Of a stretch of 64,000 nt of DNA, positions 24,300-37,021 are shown piece after piece. The first letter of the stretch is position 1. Every line of letters starts with the position of its first letter. The notes beneath the pieces are model-generated. The model did no database searches, was not told the DNA's origin, and worked only from the letters and a program-made list of their open reading frames with translations. The stretch is taken from contig JBHGNT010000018.1 in assembly GCA_043228905.1 (NCBI GenBank), positions 15,004,001 through 15,068,000 of the forward strand. The letters are read 5' to 3'. A program made the position numbers and the translations under genes. This stretch comes from Azolla caroliniana. Its lineage: Eukaryota > Plantae > Polypodiophyta.

Positions 24300-26195
24300 G
24301 TTATCATGACACTAGCAAAAGTGGTTCTTGATGTTGGGGAGGATAGTGTCGTGATCAATGTGGTAATAGTTTATATGTGGTAGTATATTGTATAGTTAGT
24401 GTAACGTTAAAAGAGTACTCACAAGGTGACTTATATGCATAGTGTTGCATAGAAAGGCACAAGTTGGCACACATTCATGGCATACCTTTTGCATACCTTG
24501 GTTACATCACCCTAATTCTCCTCAAGGATTTCAACACCAATTGTTGGATGTATTGAATTATGTCTAGTCTCACCTTTCACTTCATTATTCTTGCTCCTCC
24601 TTTTCTATCTTTCACACATTCTCACTTGTCTAGCTAGCTCGCTCATTCGTCCCTCCGTTCCTCAAACATTATCTTGCATTTGTAACAATCCCTACTCACA
24701 ATGTCATTAGGAATTTCCTTTTGTTCCCATTAGCTCTAATTGAACCACAAGTTATCATGACACTAGCAAAAGTGATTGTGTCCGTCAAAGCCAACTCTAT
24801 GTTGATATGCATTATTTGTATTGGTTTGGGAGTATCAATACTAATATATATTGCCCGTCTTGGTTTGGTTTGGTTTGGGAGTCATGACACTAGTGAAGGT
24901 GATTGCGTCCGTCAAAACAAATTCAATGTTTATTTGCATTTCTCATCAGATTCTTGGTTTGGTTTGCCAGTGAAACCCTTTAAGTTGAAACCATATAAGC
25001 AAACCATAAAAGGGATTTCCAAGCTCTAACGAAATACCCCAAGTTCTAGACCCATAGTTTCACGGTTCGATTTCATAATTTTGAGATTCGGTTAGGTTTT
25101 AAGTCAAGGACAAGGTTTGGTTTTTACATTGCAATTATAACAACAACTTCCCCATGCAACAAACTGGAATATAAAAAACTAGGACATTTTCGTATTGTTG
25201 TGAAAATAAACCCAGTAACTTTCTAATTCATCCTACCTCCACACTTTTAGATCCATGATGTGTTTCATACAATGCTCTTGAAGCATTATCAACCATATCC
25301 TCTTCCCAAGTGCTAAATCGTTGCAACCCGTTCAATCATGCTTGAATACGGGGAAAAGTTTGAGGTAGATATGATCCTAGACTCTTGATTAGTGCGCATA
25401 AAACTTCATTATCTAGTGTCATGGAAGGACTATCTTTTGTTTAAAGCCACTTGGGAACCACCCAACCCACCTCCACAATGCACCAAATGCAATTTGGGAA
25501 TTTCACCATCTTTATTCTCACAACCCACTCCGCCTAGAGGTCAATGATAAACCGGAGCATAATGTCATGACCAACATGGTAATGGTTTATATGTGTTAGT
25601 ATTTCGTGTGGTTAAGTCTAATTGTAAAAGTGCACTCACAAGGTGACATGTATGGATAATATGGTAGATGACATGTCTGGCATAGAAAGGTGCAAGATGA
25701 CAAGCATTCATCACATACCTTTTGCATACTTTGTTGTATATGTAAAGGGGGTTCCCACCCTAGTTGCCCTGAAGGAGTTCAATTATTGGATATATTGAAT
25801 TTTATCTGGTCTCATCTTCCACCTCATTATCCTTGCTTCTCCTTCTCTATCTTTCATGCATTCCCACTTGTCTAGCTGGCTCACTCATTCGTTCGTCCGT
25901 TCGTCAAACATTAGCTTGCATCTATAACAATCCCTATCCACAATGTAATTAGGAATTGCCTTTTGTTCCCAATAGCTCCACTGGAACCATAAGTTATCAT
26001 GACAGTAGTGAAGGTGATTGTGTCTGACAAAACAAACTCAATGCAGATATGGATCGCATGTTCTAGTTTTATTTGGTTTGGGAATCTCAAACTCAAAGCG
26101 TTTACAAATTTGGAAACTTACCGAACCGAACCACGAAACCTTTCAAGTCGAAACCAGTTAAACAAACCATAAAAGGGATATTTCCAAGCTCTAAC
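24300..26195 (+). repeat. Diverged dispersed direct repeat pair (~24355-25030 and ~25575-26195)
   Basis: Shared blocks ACTCACAAGGTGAC, ATACCTTTTGCATAC, CTTGTCTAGCT.GCTC.CTCATTCGT, TTAGGAATT.CCTTTTGTTCCCA, AAACCATAAAAGGGAT. Confidence 0.7.
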
Positions 26196-26431
26196 CAAAT
26201 GGCTCGAGATTTACAAACCATTAAGGTGTTGAAAGTTGAAACTTGACACGCGGTTTCACGGTTCAAATTCGGCAGTTTTAAGGTTTGGTTTGGCAGTTCA
26301 GTTTTGCGGTTTCACCATTGGGTTTCAATACATATATCATATATGTATGCATCACTCAGAGAAAAGAGCCTCAATGTATGTAAGCATCTGCTCGAAAAGG
26401 GAAAGTGAGTCAATTCCTTCACTATGATGGC

Positions 26432-26745
26432 CATATCCAGCAATAGCTCCATTCCATGGCAGCGAATTTCTGAACGGGAGCTCGTCTAGCACCTTCCTAG
26501 ATCGCCAGAGGCCATGCCATGCCTGTGGTCATCAATCTCTGTAAGAACTTGATTTGGTTTGGCAAGCATACCACATTTGGCATAGTTATTGATTTGAGCC
26601 CTCAGTATTCCAGAATGGATCTTTAAACATTGCTCGGGATCATCCTTCTTCATACATTCCTTAGGTAAGGAAACATGGTTTTTTCATATCTTCTCCTTCT
26701 TCATTCCTTGCTTCTTTCTTCTTCATGGTTTTGCTTCTTCATGTT
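26432..26745 (-). pseudogene. Truncated, internally deleted fragment of a PPR gene paralogous to the 5' end of 34458-36731
   Basis: ATCTTTAAACATTG.TC.GGATC.T.CTTCTTCATACATTCCTT.GTAAGGAAACA and CATACCACATTTGGCATA match 36555-36790, including the upstream purine-rich leader. Confidence 0.82.
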
Positions 26746-27070
26746 CTTCTCCCTTGGGCCAAGACCGTCTTGAAAAGTTAAAACCTGATTTTTTTACATC
26801 TAGAAAGCCAAATGCATATATAGAGACACAAATCGATCAAAATTTTGAGATTAGACCAGAAAATGGGCAACCACATCATGAACCAGATAGATCAAAGAAA
26901 CCATAATAACAAACACATATGGCGCGCAGCTCAAGGACTGTTGGAATGCAAATGGCCATGATAAGGTGTTAGATGATAGTAACAAAATGGCCCATTTTGT
27001 TCACAACAACTTAAAGGTATTTGGTTGCTGGATTTGTGGCCAAGAAAAAGGAGAAACACGCACACACAGA

Positions 27071-27214
27071 AAACCATTTTCTCTGGAGGGAATCACTTCT
27101 CCCAACACTTTGTTTGTTTTATGGAGGGATCAAGGATGTAAATTATAAACCATTTTCTCTGGAGGGAATCACTTCTCCCAACACTTTGTTTGTTTTATGG
27201 AGGGATCAAGGATG
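27071..27214 (+). repeat. 68-bp direct repeat, 76-bp period
   Basis: AAACCATTTTCTCTGGAGGGAATC...CAAGGATG at 27071 and 27147. Confidence 0.9.
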
Positions 27215-27309
27215 CATATATCCCCCAGATATATATTTCAGCAATTGGGTATTGGGGAATTAGAACCAACACCTTTTCAATTGAAGAAGAGGAGGGTACA
27301 ACCAAAGAG

Positions 27310-27740
27310 GTTTATGTGCGATTGTGGATGATTTCAATGTTTTTGGTCCCATTCATGGACGTGTGAGCCATTTGAGGTTACGCTTTGACAGGTGTAGACA
27401 TCATCTCAGCCTCAGGCCTTTAAAATGTGCTTGCGGAGTCGAGGTCAGTGTGTTATTGGGTATTGTAATATCCAAGGAAGCCATGTCAGCTGTACACCCA
27501 CAGATTGGATATTGGGGAGAAGCATCACATAAAAGCTTTTGAATTACTAAACAAGTTGTTGATGGCAGATCTACTTTTGCAAGCACCAGATTGGAATTTG
27601 AATTTCCACATTTTTGTTGATGCATTGGCACTCTTGCTACAGGAGCTGTGTGAATGCACAGTAGAGGACAAGAGGTTGGCAAATTGTGTATACATTATGC
27701 AATTAAAGTTCTCAACAATGAAGAAAGAAATTGTATTATA
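27310..27740 (+). mobile_element. Highly decayed Gypsy RT/RNase H fragment
   Basis: VDDFNVFG...HLRLRFDRCR..LSLRPLKC..LLGIVISKE; AFELL..LLQAPDWNLNFHIFVDA. Confidence 0.7.
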
Positions 27741-29724
27741 ATGCTGAGAGAGAGAGAGAGAGGGAAGGAGAGAATATTTGCGTATGATCGGTACGATTGC
27801 TGTGTGCTTGTGAACAAGTGTTCACTTGTCTGGGATTTCCATTTTTGCCTCCAAGAAGATCTTGCCTTTGCATCTTCTGTCATTCTTGACTATATTCTTC
27901 CCTATTACTCCCTCTCTCTAATTGTGTGGATGGAGGTTCTTTCTTATGCACTCCGTGAATGGTTGGCCAACAACAGCCTCACAGGCTGAATCAGGGGGTT
28001 AGAGACACTAGCTCAGTCACGAACAATGGACCTCTACCACAACAGCGTGTTAGGCATCGCCACCACCTGAGACATTCTCAAGCTATTACGTGTACTGCAC
28101 CTTGGCCCCACCAATCCAAGGATGCCAGCTATAGAAATGATGGTTTAGTATTTTGAACCATACTTTGTTTCCTCTTAGACATACAAAACTTAGGATGTGC
28201 CAGACCTACTCTTCCTGAAGGTCATAATGCTCCGGCTGGACATAGGACTGCCCCACCACAAGAATTCATACATGTCATATAGCATGGCTGTACCGTCATC
28301 ATGGCATACCAGAACCAGAAGATGGGTTGGAGCATCTTTATCATCAAAACCATCACGACCAAAGTTTCCACAACAAACACAAATCATCAAGGCCCCCCCA
28401 AACAATAATGTAAGTGCTAATTTTACCTTTCTGACAAGCAACTAGAAGGTGATTGCCATCATAAACAGGTGCATATATGAGGCCACCATACATGAGCAAG
28501 GAAATGTAGGTTCATGATGTGAAATGAGTCATATACTAACCCCACGTTGTTAGTTTTAGCCTTCTTCATGGCATATTTGATGTCTTATTATGAAGAACAC
28601 AAGAGCCCGAGCACCCCAGCTGAAGAGCACGAGGGATGACAAGAGAGAGACAGAAAGGAGGCATGCTTTATGTAGGGAAATTATGAAAATCAATTGATTT
28701 ACCCATTGCAGGCCTTTCATTCTAGTCAGATATGTGACAATGATAGTCAAGAAAATCACATTGATCATAGTCAAGAAAGTGCATTGCTTATGATGGGGAA
28801 TTGACGTAAAGTCATGATGGATACATGTGTTCATATTTAACTAGGTTTATAGTTTGCTTGGTTGGGGGTTGGGTACCTACAAGTTGCTACAACTAGGTCC
28901 ATGCTACCATGTATTTCATTTGTTTGAGAGCATAGCTATATATATATATATATCCAATTGCTATCCATGTGTATAAACTAGAGATAAAAGCACTTAGGTT
29001 CAAGCATTTTCGAGCTGTGCCCACCTACTTATTTATTCCATTTGATTGTGCAAACATAATATGCATATAGTAAAGAGAACATAGAGGATGTCAAGTGTGA
29101 AGAAAGAATCAGCATAAGAATAAACAATGACAGAGTTGAGGGGTAGGAAGACTAGAGGAGGCTAGTAATGATGACATCAGTTCATCATTGTGCCATGATA
29201 AAGAGTATGTTAGGACTTAATATGCGCGCGTGTGTGTACCTTTTAATATTCCGACCATTATGTAAATGATGAAGCAATATTAAGTCATTGATTACTTACC
29301 CTACATTGTATATGTGTATCTTTTTTTGTGTACATTTGATGTCTTATTGTCAAGAACACACTCGAACAGAAGATGTATGTAGGAAAACTATAAAGTCGAA
29401 TGGTTTTGCTCATTGCAAGATGGCCACTGAAGTCCGATATGTGACAAGAGTAGTCAAGAAAAGCGAGAAAAGCTCGCCGATTACATACAATAGAGAAGAA
29501 AGCGCATCAATCGTGCTGAGGATGCAAGCATGTTCTAGGCCCATGCCAGACCTTTTTATTCCATTTGCTCATGGCTAAGTATTTACGAACAAGAGATGCA
29601 AGAACTTTGAGGTGGGCATGAAAATGCCCACCTCATGTATTATTCCAAGTGGATTCTACAAACATAACAACCATTGAGGATTACTATGAATACATATTGG
29701 TAAGTAATTTGAATTAAACCGAAG

Positions 29725-31785
29725 CTAAGTTTGGGCTGGATTGAGCTGGAGCATGTTCTTCTTCCATATGTCACCATCTAGCTCCAAGTTGAGTTGGGAG
29801 TAGGCTGTTGCCTTCGGGTGATGCCGACGAGGACGAAGCCGATGGTGTCTTGGCAGGCCAGGGAAATACGGAAGTATCACCTGAAATACATAATACAGGA
29901 ATGTGGCTACACACCCAGTGGCTCCAACTATGGCGGTGGCTCCAGTGATTCTGTTATAAGCAGGCTGGGGTACTCCTTCAGCCTTCAATGCTGCGAATCC
30001 TGCCGCAATGAACGCAATCATGACTGCCACCAGTGAGCATAACAAGGTAGATGCGATGTACCTGATGCCCGTGTCAAGCTCTGACACAATTTGGCCCATG
30101 TATATGGTGGGCGTGGGAAGCAGGATCCTGACGCACAAACCCATGGCTGCAACTGCCAAGAAGAATGCCAGGCTGTTGGCGCCCCAGAAGATCTTCATCC
30201 ACACATTGTTGAAATCATCTGATGGCACTTGTAACCACCCGGCAAATGTGACGCCGGCCGTTAGTGCCGCGGCCACTAGGATCGCATGCACTGCTTGTAC
30301 ATACACTTCCCTGTCCTTCAACAATTTGTCTTCATATTCTTTGAATTCCTTGTGTCCCCTTAGGATTTCCATCACTGCCTCATTCTTCTGCTCAAATGCA
30401 ATGTGAAATGCCGTCATCCCGGCACTGTCCTTGATGCTTGGGCTCGGTATCTTATACCTCTTCTGGCAGCTCACCATCTCCTGTATGTGCTTGTTCTTCC
30501 CCTTGCAACTGAGGGAGCAGATAAAGAGCCTCTCCACTATGTCTACTCGATTGTGTACCACTGCCCAATGCAGACATGTCCTCTTCTTCTGTGTATCCCA
30601 TTGATTCAAAGTGAACCCCAATCTTGAATCCATCAGGAAGTGAAACACCTCGTGTTTACCTAAGTAAAGAGCCAGATAGGTAGGGAGAGATGTGGTCCAT
30701 CCCTGCTTCATTAGCATTCCTCTTTCCTCATTCGATATATAATTATCCAGCTCAAGTTTGAGCTTCTCCATTATGGACTTCAACGTGATAATTGGATCAT
30801 GTGTTAGTGCATCAAATAGTCTTCTGTTGAGTATGAGAGCATCATACAATCCACAATTAGTAATCAACAGCTCTGTGAAGTCTGGCTGATCCTTTAATTT
30901 AATCAGCCCCTTGAACACAACCTTCAACATATGCTTTCCGGCCTTGTGCAAGAATGGATTCCCTTCTTCATCAACCTGCTCCAAAAATATCTTACATGAT
31001 TTATTTCTTTCTTGATTACTTGATTGGTTCCTTGCTTGATTACTTCCTTGAATACTTGATTGATTATATGACAGAGGATTGGGTAGAGCTTTTAGCAAAA
31101 GCTTTTCTATCAAACTAACATCCATGCAATGAAGAGCTGCATAATGCATGATGGTTTTGCAGGGATAGCCGTTTGCTATGGATTTATTCATCTCATTCTC
31201 AAACCTTTGATCATCATTGCTGAGCAGGGACAAAAGGGTTTGGAACATCTCTGGATCTTTGCAACAATCCAGAGGCATCATGTTCTTATCATTTTGGAGG
31301 GTTAGTGAGGCACCCGCTGCCACAAGTTCGGCGGCAACAAGCTTTTGCCCATGAAGAACAGCAAGGTGCAGGGGTGTGTCAGAACTCGCCTCATCCGGGA
31401 GGTTGCAATCAGCAGCTGGAGATGGAGGATGGCCCTTGATAAGCCACTTCACTACATGAATGTGGCCATGCATAGAAGCTAAATGCAAGGCAGAATAGCC
31501 AGCCTTAGTTCTCGTATTGATGAGGTCCTTCCCATCTCCTGTTGTGCAGATTATGTGTTCTAATACACCCAAATAGCCCTTTCTCGCTGCAGCATGGACT
31601 GGAAGCTCCCCGCTGCTCTTGTCGAACATCGTGATCACAAAGTCAATGTCAGCTCGGCATAGGTTGCAAATCTCGTTAATGAGACACTTAACCTCATTTA
31701 TTTTGCCCATCTCAGCATACTTATACAAATTGGCCGCAATCTCTTCTTTCAACATCTGCTCTTCGCTATTCGTGCTCCTCGCCAT
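29725..31785 (-). CDS. Ankyrin-repeat protein with C-terminal PGG-type transmembrane domain (ACD6/ITN1-like ANK-TM), intronless, 686 aa
   Basis: ANK motifs LPVHAAARKG, SALHLASMHG, TPLHLAVLHG, TCLHWAVVHN, TAFHIAF. PGG-like ILVAAALTAGVTFAGWLQVP, FWGANSLAFFLAVAA and further hydrophobic helices. Confidence 0.9.
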   Translation of the reverse strand: MARSTNSEEQMLKEEIAANLYKYAEMGKINEVKCLINEICNLCRADIDFVITMFDKSSGELPVHAAARKGYLGVLEHIICTTGDGKDLINTRTKAGYSALHLASMHGHIHVVKWLIKGHPPSPAADCNLPDEASSDTPLHLAVLHGQKLVAAELVAAGASLTLQNDKNMMPLDCCKDPEMFQTLLSLLSNDDQRFENEMNKSIANGYPCKTIMHYAALHCMDVSLIEKLLLKALPNPLSYNQSSIQGSNQARNQSSNQERNKSCKIFLEQVDEEGNPFLHKAGKHMLKVVFKGLIKLKDQPDFTELLITNCGLYDALILNRRLFDALTHDPIITLKSIMEKLKLELDNYISNEERGMLMKQGWTTSLPTYLALYLGKHEVFHFLMDSRLGFTLNQWDTQKKRTCLHWAVVHNRVDIVERLFICSLSCKGKNKHIQEMVSCQKRYKIPSPSIKDSAGMTAFHIAFEQKNEAVMEILRGHKEFKEYEDKLLKDREVYVQAVHAILVAAALTAGVTFAGWLQVPSDDFNNVWMKIFWGANSLAFFLAVAAMGLCVRILLPTPTIYMGQIVSELDTGIRYIASTLLCSLVAVMIAFIAAGFAALKAEGVPQPAYNRITGATAIVGATGCVATFLYYVFQVILPYFPGLPRHHRLRPRRHHPKATAYSQLNLELDGDIWKKNMLQLNPAQT

Positions 31786-33684
31786 TGCAAGGAAGTTTAG
31801 TTACCAAATGTCAAGTTTCTCCTTACCAATAACAAGAACACTAGAGGAGTTGAGTAGGCTTGGACCATTCACTTTGAGTTCACCCAATATATATACACTA
31901 TGAAAGATGTGGTTGTCTCTTTTTTTATTCCTTTATTATGTCATTGTCTAGTTAATTGGTCATGATCAAAATCTATACTCCATGGTTTGAATGGAAAAAT
32001 TCAATGATACCCCATGAATTAATCGATTAGCACAACCAATGACATAATTTGCAGTGGAGGAGCTAGATAGAATATCGCTTAACTCCCCCTATCATCTCGT
32101 TGGTGCTTTGGTTCAATCATACCCTTGCTTGCAAGTTGCTAGTCACTATCATAAGTTGTACTGATATGGTCCACCAAACTCAAGTCACCTTGGTACAATA
32201 GAAGATTGGCTAGCTATAATATGCATGCTCATATATATTAAGTGTGCATCAACAAAGTTTGGTGTGCCTAGTGCTCCAATGTCTTTCAATATCTATAATT
32301 TATGCTTAACTAGCTCTAAATACATTGATGAGGGACAAAGTTCTTTCGCAATTACACTAAAGAGTTTTCTGAATAATGGACCAAAAAATAACGTGTGATT
32401 TTGTATGTCTTGTTATGATAGTACAAAGTTTTTGTCTATTTGTGATTGACGTTTGAATTTGTTGTCCATTGTGCTTTTAAGATGCCTTGACTTATATAAG
32501 GAAGGCATTCTTGAGTGTAATTGGTTTACCGAGTAGAGGCCAATAATGGCAATATTGGGATATAAGAATCTTTAAATGTGATTGTTCCACTAGAAACCAA
32601 AATCTAGAAATATTGGGACAAAAGCATAGTTCATTACACATACAAACTTAATACTACCTTCATTTCTCGTTGATATCGTGGTGCTTGTGTTTGGGTACAT
32701 AGATCCCATTACTCTCACACACGTATTCTAGTTTCAATATGGGAATGAAGCTCTTAATATTTGCACTCGGATATCATAATCCCATATTTCATTTTGTGTT
32801 GCAAACCATCGATGGCCATATAAGAGATTCAGTGTTTCATAATGTCATATTCACTGCCCATCTTTGCATAGGTATTCAAATCTTTTGCTATTCTTCTCGC
32901 ACTTATAGTTGATTGCTCATTGTTATTTGTGCTAGCCATCCAAGTCACCAAATTTCAAATTTGAACCTTACTAGTCAAGCAAAAGAAGCCTTCTCTATGA
33001 GTATTATTGATACACATGTGCATCATGTCATTGCATTATTTTTCTATCCTTAAATGTTGTTGGTCTTGGTCATCACCAATAACCTCACCCCTCACATTGT
33101 GTTCTCACTAGTTTCTTAAGGTATGATACTACGTTTATCGATCTCAATGTCCAACGCCAATGCTCCCTTGTCAATTTTCAAGGGAAAATATGAATGGTAT
33201 CCGCAATCATACTCTGATGTGCTACAAGTTGTCCACAATCTTAGTTACCAATGTGGGTTGTAGCAATATGGCTCACCAAAAAAACATTGAAACTATAGGC
33301 AAAGTATCTCATATAGGTATAATTTTAAACACGCATATTCATAAGCATGTGCACACTGACATTCTCATTATCCCTAGTGCTTCCAAAGCCTTTCTTGATT
33401 TTTGAATCAAGGATTAATTAGCTAAATGTGAACACATTAATAAGTAGGCTAGAAATGGTCAAGGGAAATACCATTCATTCTCCTACACTGCAAATGTTTT
33501 GGACAAGATAAGGCAAAAATTTACAATGATTATGTATTTCTTGTATCCATAATATTCACATGGCTTATAAAGACTTTTGTCTCTTTCTGCACATATCATT
33601 AAATTAGTCCATCTTCGTGCTTCTAAGAAGCATTGATTTCCAAAGAAGATGTTGATTGCAACAACTTTCCTAAGTCTACGATGA

Positions 33685-33700
33685 TACACACGCACACGTA

Positions 33701-33751
<51 letters not shown>

Positions 33752-33755
33752 GTAT
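33685..33755. repeat. (CA)n/(TA)n microsatellite
   Basis: Direct reading. Confidence 0.9.
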
Positions 33756-34457
33756 ACATATATCATGCCATTTATAAATTCTTCTATTTCTCTTGTAATT
33801 ATCTAATGATCCTGGGTAATTGTTATTGCCCCAAATGCCTTGGTAACTGAGTATACTTAAGCATGGGCAATACTTGGTTGAATCTGCAATTGGCAATGGT
33901 TCTCCTTTCTGCTTGCATGTTGGGATAGCACTTCGAGAACTTGTCAATCCAATCTATATACATGCCAGAATTAACATGCACTCAAAGAATTATCGCTGTG
34001 AGACATCAACTTATTTCAAAGATGTGTCCTTCCCCCTCGGGACATACTGCATAATGAGAAACAAGAGCACAATGGTGAAGGCAAATTCCTCATTATGACC
34101 ACCCCCAAATGCTTCTTGTTGTCATTTCATGCCATCAAATGTTTGCGTTAGAGAAATGTCCTTGTAACACGGTCAAAGAGCAAAGTTTCTTGTGTCAAGA
34201 ATGAACTTCAAGATATCTGCCTTTCCATCCAAAACTATCCACTGGTTGAACGAGGGCTTGAAGAAAGACCTCAAAGATTTCTGGACTGGACAATCATTTC
34301 TTGTACTTCAACAATCTCATGTAAAAAATTCTCTTGTACTTCAACAGTCTCTGCATTGTTGAAAGTTTCCCCTTCGATTACATGACTCAAAAAAACATCA
34401 GCAATGGTGCAATCTTAACTTTACGGATAATTAGGAATACCATGAACCTTTGCACTA

Positions 34458-36731
34458 TCAACCCACATAGAGACATTCAGAAGCATGAAGTCTCATGGAT
34501 TCAACCTTTTTTGCATCTTCTTCCATCCCAGCACCTCCAAAAACATCAGCCAGAAGGATGTAAGCTGCAGAACAACTAGGATCTAGTTGTAATATGTGAT
34601 AGAAAATTGATACCGCAGCCTTCACATTTCCCCATCTCCTACAAGCACTCAAGATTGGAAGCCAAATCGCAATGGAATTTGCCGATTGTGGCATCATATT
34701 AACCACTGATATTGCCTCACCCAATTCCCCTGCACATCCAAGACCCACCACCATACATGTATGATGCTCTAAGGTTGGAGCAATACCATAGCATTTTGAC
34801 ATATTATCCAAGAGATCTTGAGTTTCCTGCAGACGCCCTGAGTGGCTACACACACTCAAAACACATAGGAATGTTACCTCATCTGGAGAGAGCCCTTCTA
34901 AACGCATTAGTTCAAGACAACTTAATGCTAAATGACTTTCGCCTTGTTGTGAGTATGCTGAAATTAGTGCATTCCAAGAGACTGCATCTCGAACTGGAAG
35001 CTCTTCGTGTACTTCTTGTGCTTTTGAAATCATACCACACCTGGTGTACATATCTACCAATGCAGTTCCAAGCATCATATCTTTGCATAACAAGCCCTTA
35101 CTTTTAAGTTCTGCGTGAATTTCTATTGCTCTGTGCATAGCTCCAATATCACCACTTGCTCTCAAGATGCATAAGAATGTGACCATATCTGGAGAGATCC
35201 CTTCACTTTGCATCCGTTCAAAACAATCAAAGGCTTCATAGCTTTGTTCCTTTTGTGTATACCCTAAAATCAGTGCTGACCATGAGACCACATCTCGAAC
35301 TGAAAGTTGTTCCATCACCTCGTGTGCTTTCGCTAGCATGCCACATTTAGCATACATATCCACTAAAGCATTACCAATAAACATGTTATCTGACAAACCC
35401 CTATTCACAATGTCATTATGGAATTGCTTTCCCTTGCCTATAGCTCCGATTGAACCACAAGCCTTCAAGATACTAATGAAGGTGATTGTGTCTGGAACAA
35501 GACCTTCACTTTGCATTCGCTGAAATGAGCTCAATGCTTGGTCGCATTGCCCATATAGGGAATACCCAGAAATTAGTGCATTCCAAGAAACTACATTTCG
35601 GATGGGAATCTCATCAAGCACTTGTTGAGCTTTAACAAGCATACCAAATTTGGCATACATATTGATTAAAGCTGTGCCAAGCATAATATCTGTAGTTACC
35701 AATTCCCTTCTCATGATCTCATCATGGATTTGTTTGCCAGTCTTGATGGCTGCCAGGTTACTACATGCCTTCAAGATGCAAATGAAAGTGACCACATCTG
35801 GAGAAAGCCCCTCATGTTGCATGACTTGGAAACAAGTAAATGCTTCACAATCTCGACCAAGTTGGGTATACCCTCCAATTAATGCATTCCATGAGACAAC
35901 ATTCCGAATGGGTATTTCTTCAAGCACCTGTAGTGCTTTTCCAAACACCCCACATTTGGCATACATATCTACCAAAGCATTGCCAAGAACGATATTCTTC
36001 TCCAACAATCCCATATGAAAAACCCTTGTGTGGATTTGTTTTCCTTTGCCAAAACATTCTATTTGACCATATACCTTCAAGATGCAAACAAAGGTGATAA
36101 CACTTGGGAAAAGAGCCTCAATATGCAGACGATCAAAAAGGGAAAGTGATTGAATCCCTTTAGTATGATGGGCATATCCAGCAATAAGAGCATTCCATGC
36201 CACTGAATCCTTGAATGGGAGCTCTTCGAGCACACTCTGAGCTTTCTCGAGCATACCACATTTAGCATACATATCCAACAAAGAAGTACCAAGCAAAACA
36301 TCATTTCCCAACAATTGCCTCTTTACGATGCTTTCATGGATCTCTTTACCCTTCTCTATATCCCCGATGTTACCACATGCTTTCAAAATGCAAATGAAAG
36401 TGACGACATTTGGCAAGATCCCATCACTTTGCAATCTTTCAAAGCACATCAAAGCTTCATGATCTTGACCGTGTTGGACATATCCTGAAATCAATGCATT
36501 CCAAGAGACTACATTTGGCTCATTAGTCTCTCTAAGAACTTGATTTGCTTTGGTAAACATACCACATTTGGCATACGTATTAATTAGAGCACTAGCCACA
36601 TGTAAGCTCTTTTGAAGCAACCCTCTTCTCAGTAGTTCAGAATGAATCTTTAAACATTGTTCAGGATCCTTCTTCTTCATACATTCCTTGAGTAAGGAAA
36701 CAAATGTAAAGACTTCCATGTGTTTTTTCAT
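34458..36731 (-). CDS. PLS-class pentatricopeptide repeat protein with C-terminal E domain and no DYW, 757 aa
   Basis: About six P-L-S triplets (ALVDMYAKCG / NVVSWNALI.GY / TFICILKAC), then EHHTCMV and the E motif WLPILSACRRWGN...AAYILLADVF. Confidence 0.93.
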   Translation of the reverse strand: MKKHMEVFTFVSLLKECMKKKDPEQCLKIHSELLRRGLLQKSLHVASALINTYAKCGMFTKANQVLRETNEPNVVSWNALISGYVQHGQDHEALMCFERLQSDGILPNVVTFICILKACGNIGDIEKGKEIHESIVKRQLLGNDVLLGTSLLDMYAKCGMLEKAQSVLEELPFKDSVAWNALIAGYAHHTKGIQSLSLFDRLHIEALFPSVITFVCILKVYGQIECFGKGKQIHTRVFHMGLLEKNIVLGNALVDMYAKCGVFGKALQVLEEIPIRNVVSWNALIGGYTQLGRDCEAFTCFQVMQHEGLSPDVVTFICILKACSNLAAIKTGKQIHDEIMRRELVTTDIMLGTALINMYAKFGMLVKAQQVLDEIPIRNVVSWNALISGYSLYGQCDQALSSFQRMQSEGLVPDTITFISILKACGSIGAIGKGKQFHNDIVNRGLSDNMFIGNALVDMYAKCGMLAKAHEVMEQLSVRDVVSWSALILGYTQKEQSYEAFDCFERMQSEGISPDMVTFLCILRASGDIGAMHRAIEIHAELKSKGLLCKDMMLGTALVDMYTRCGMISKAQEVHEELPVRDAVSWNALISAYSQQGESHLALSCLELMRLEGLSPDEVTFLCVLSVCSHSGRLQETQDLLDNMSKCYGIAPTLEHHTCMVVGLGCAGELGEAISVVNMMPQSANSIAIWLPILSACRRWGNVKAAVSIFYHILQLDPSCSAAYILLADVFGGAGMEEDAKKVESMRLHASECLYVG

Positions 36732-36970
36732 GGCTTCTTCTTCTTCTTCCTTCTTTCCTAACTACTTTCTTCTTCATGTTTTGCTCCATGGCATCCATGC
36801 ACCAAGATCAAAGGAATAGTACTCTCATTCTTTCCTATAGGAAAACCTCAGAAATAGCCCACAAGCTTTCACAATCTCCCCAAATGCCCTTTAGTTTTGG
36901 TTATTTTCCTACATGCCCTTGCTTGGCCATAAACCATCTCGGGCCATTATATGTAGCAACCGTGTCTTCT

Positions 36971-36972
<2 letters not shown>

Positions 36973-37021
<49 letters not shown>

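Noticed and set aside
22530-24300. Possible LINE ORF1 remnants
   Set aside because: Only vague compositional resemblance; no diagnostic motif could be read.
34040-34130. Minus-strand GHNEEFA peptide downstream of the PPR resembling DYW 'GHSEKLA'
   Set aside because: No CxxC, PG box or terminal tripeptide nearby, and the frame is closed; too weak without an HMM.
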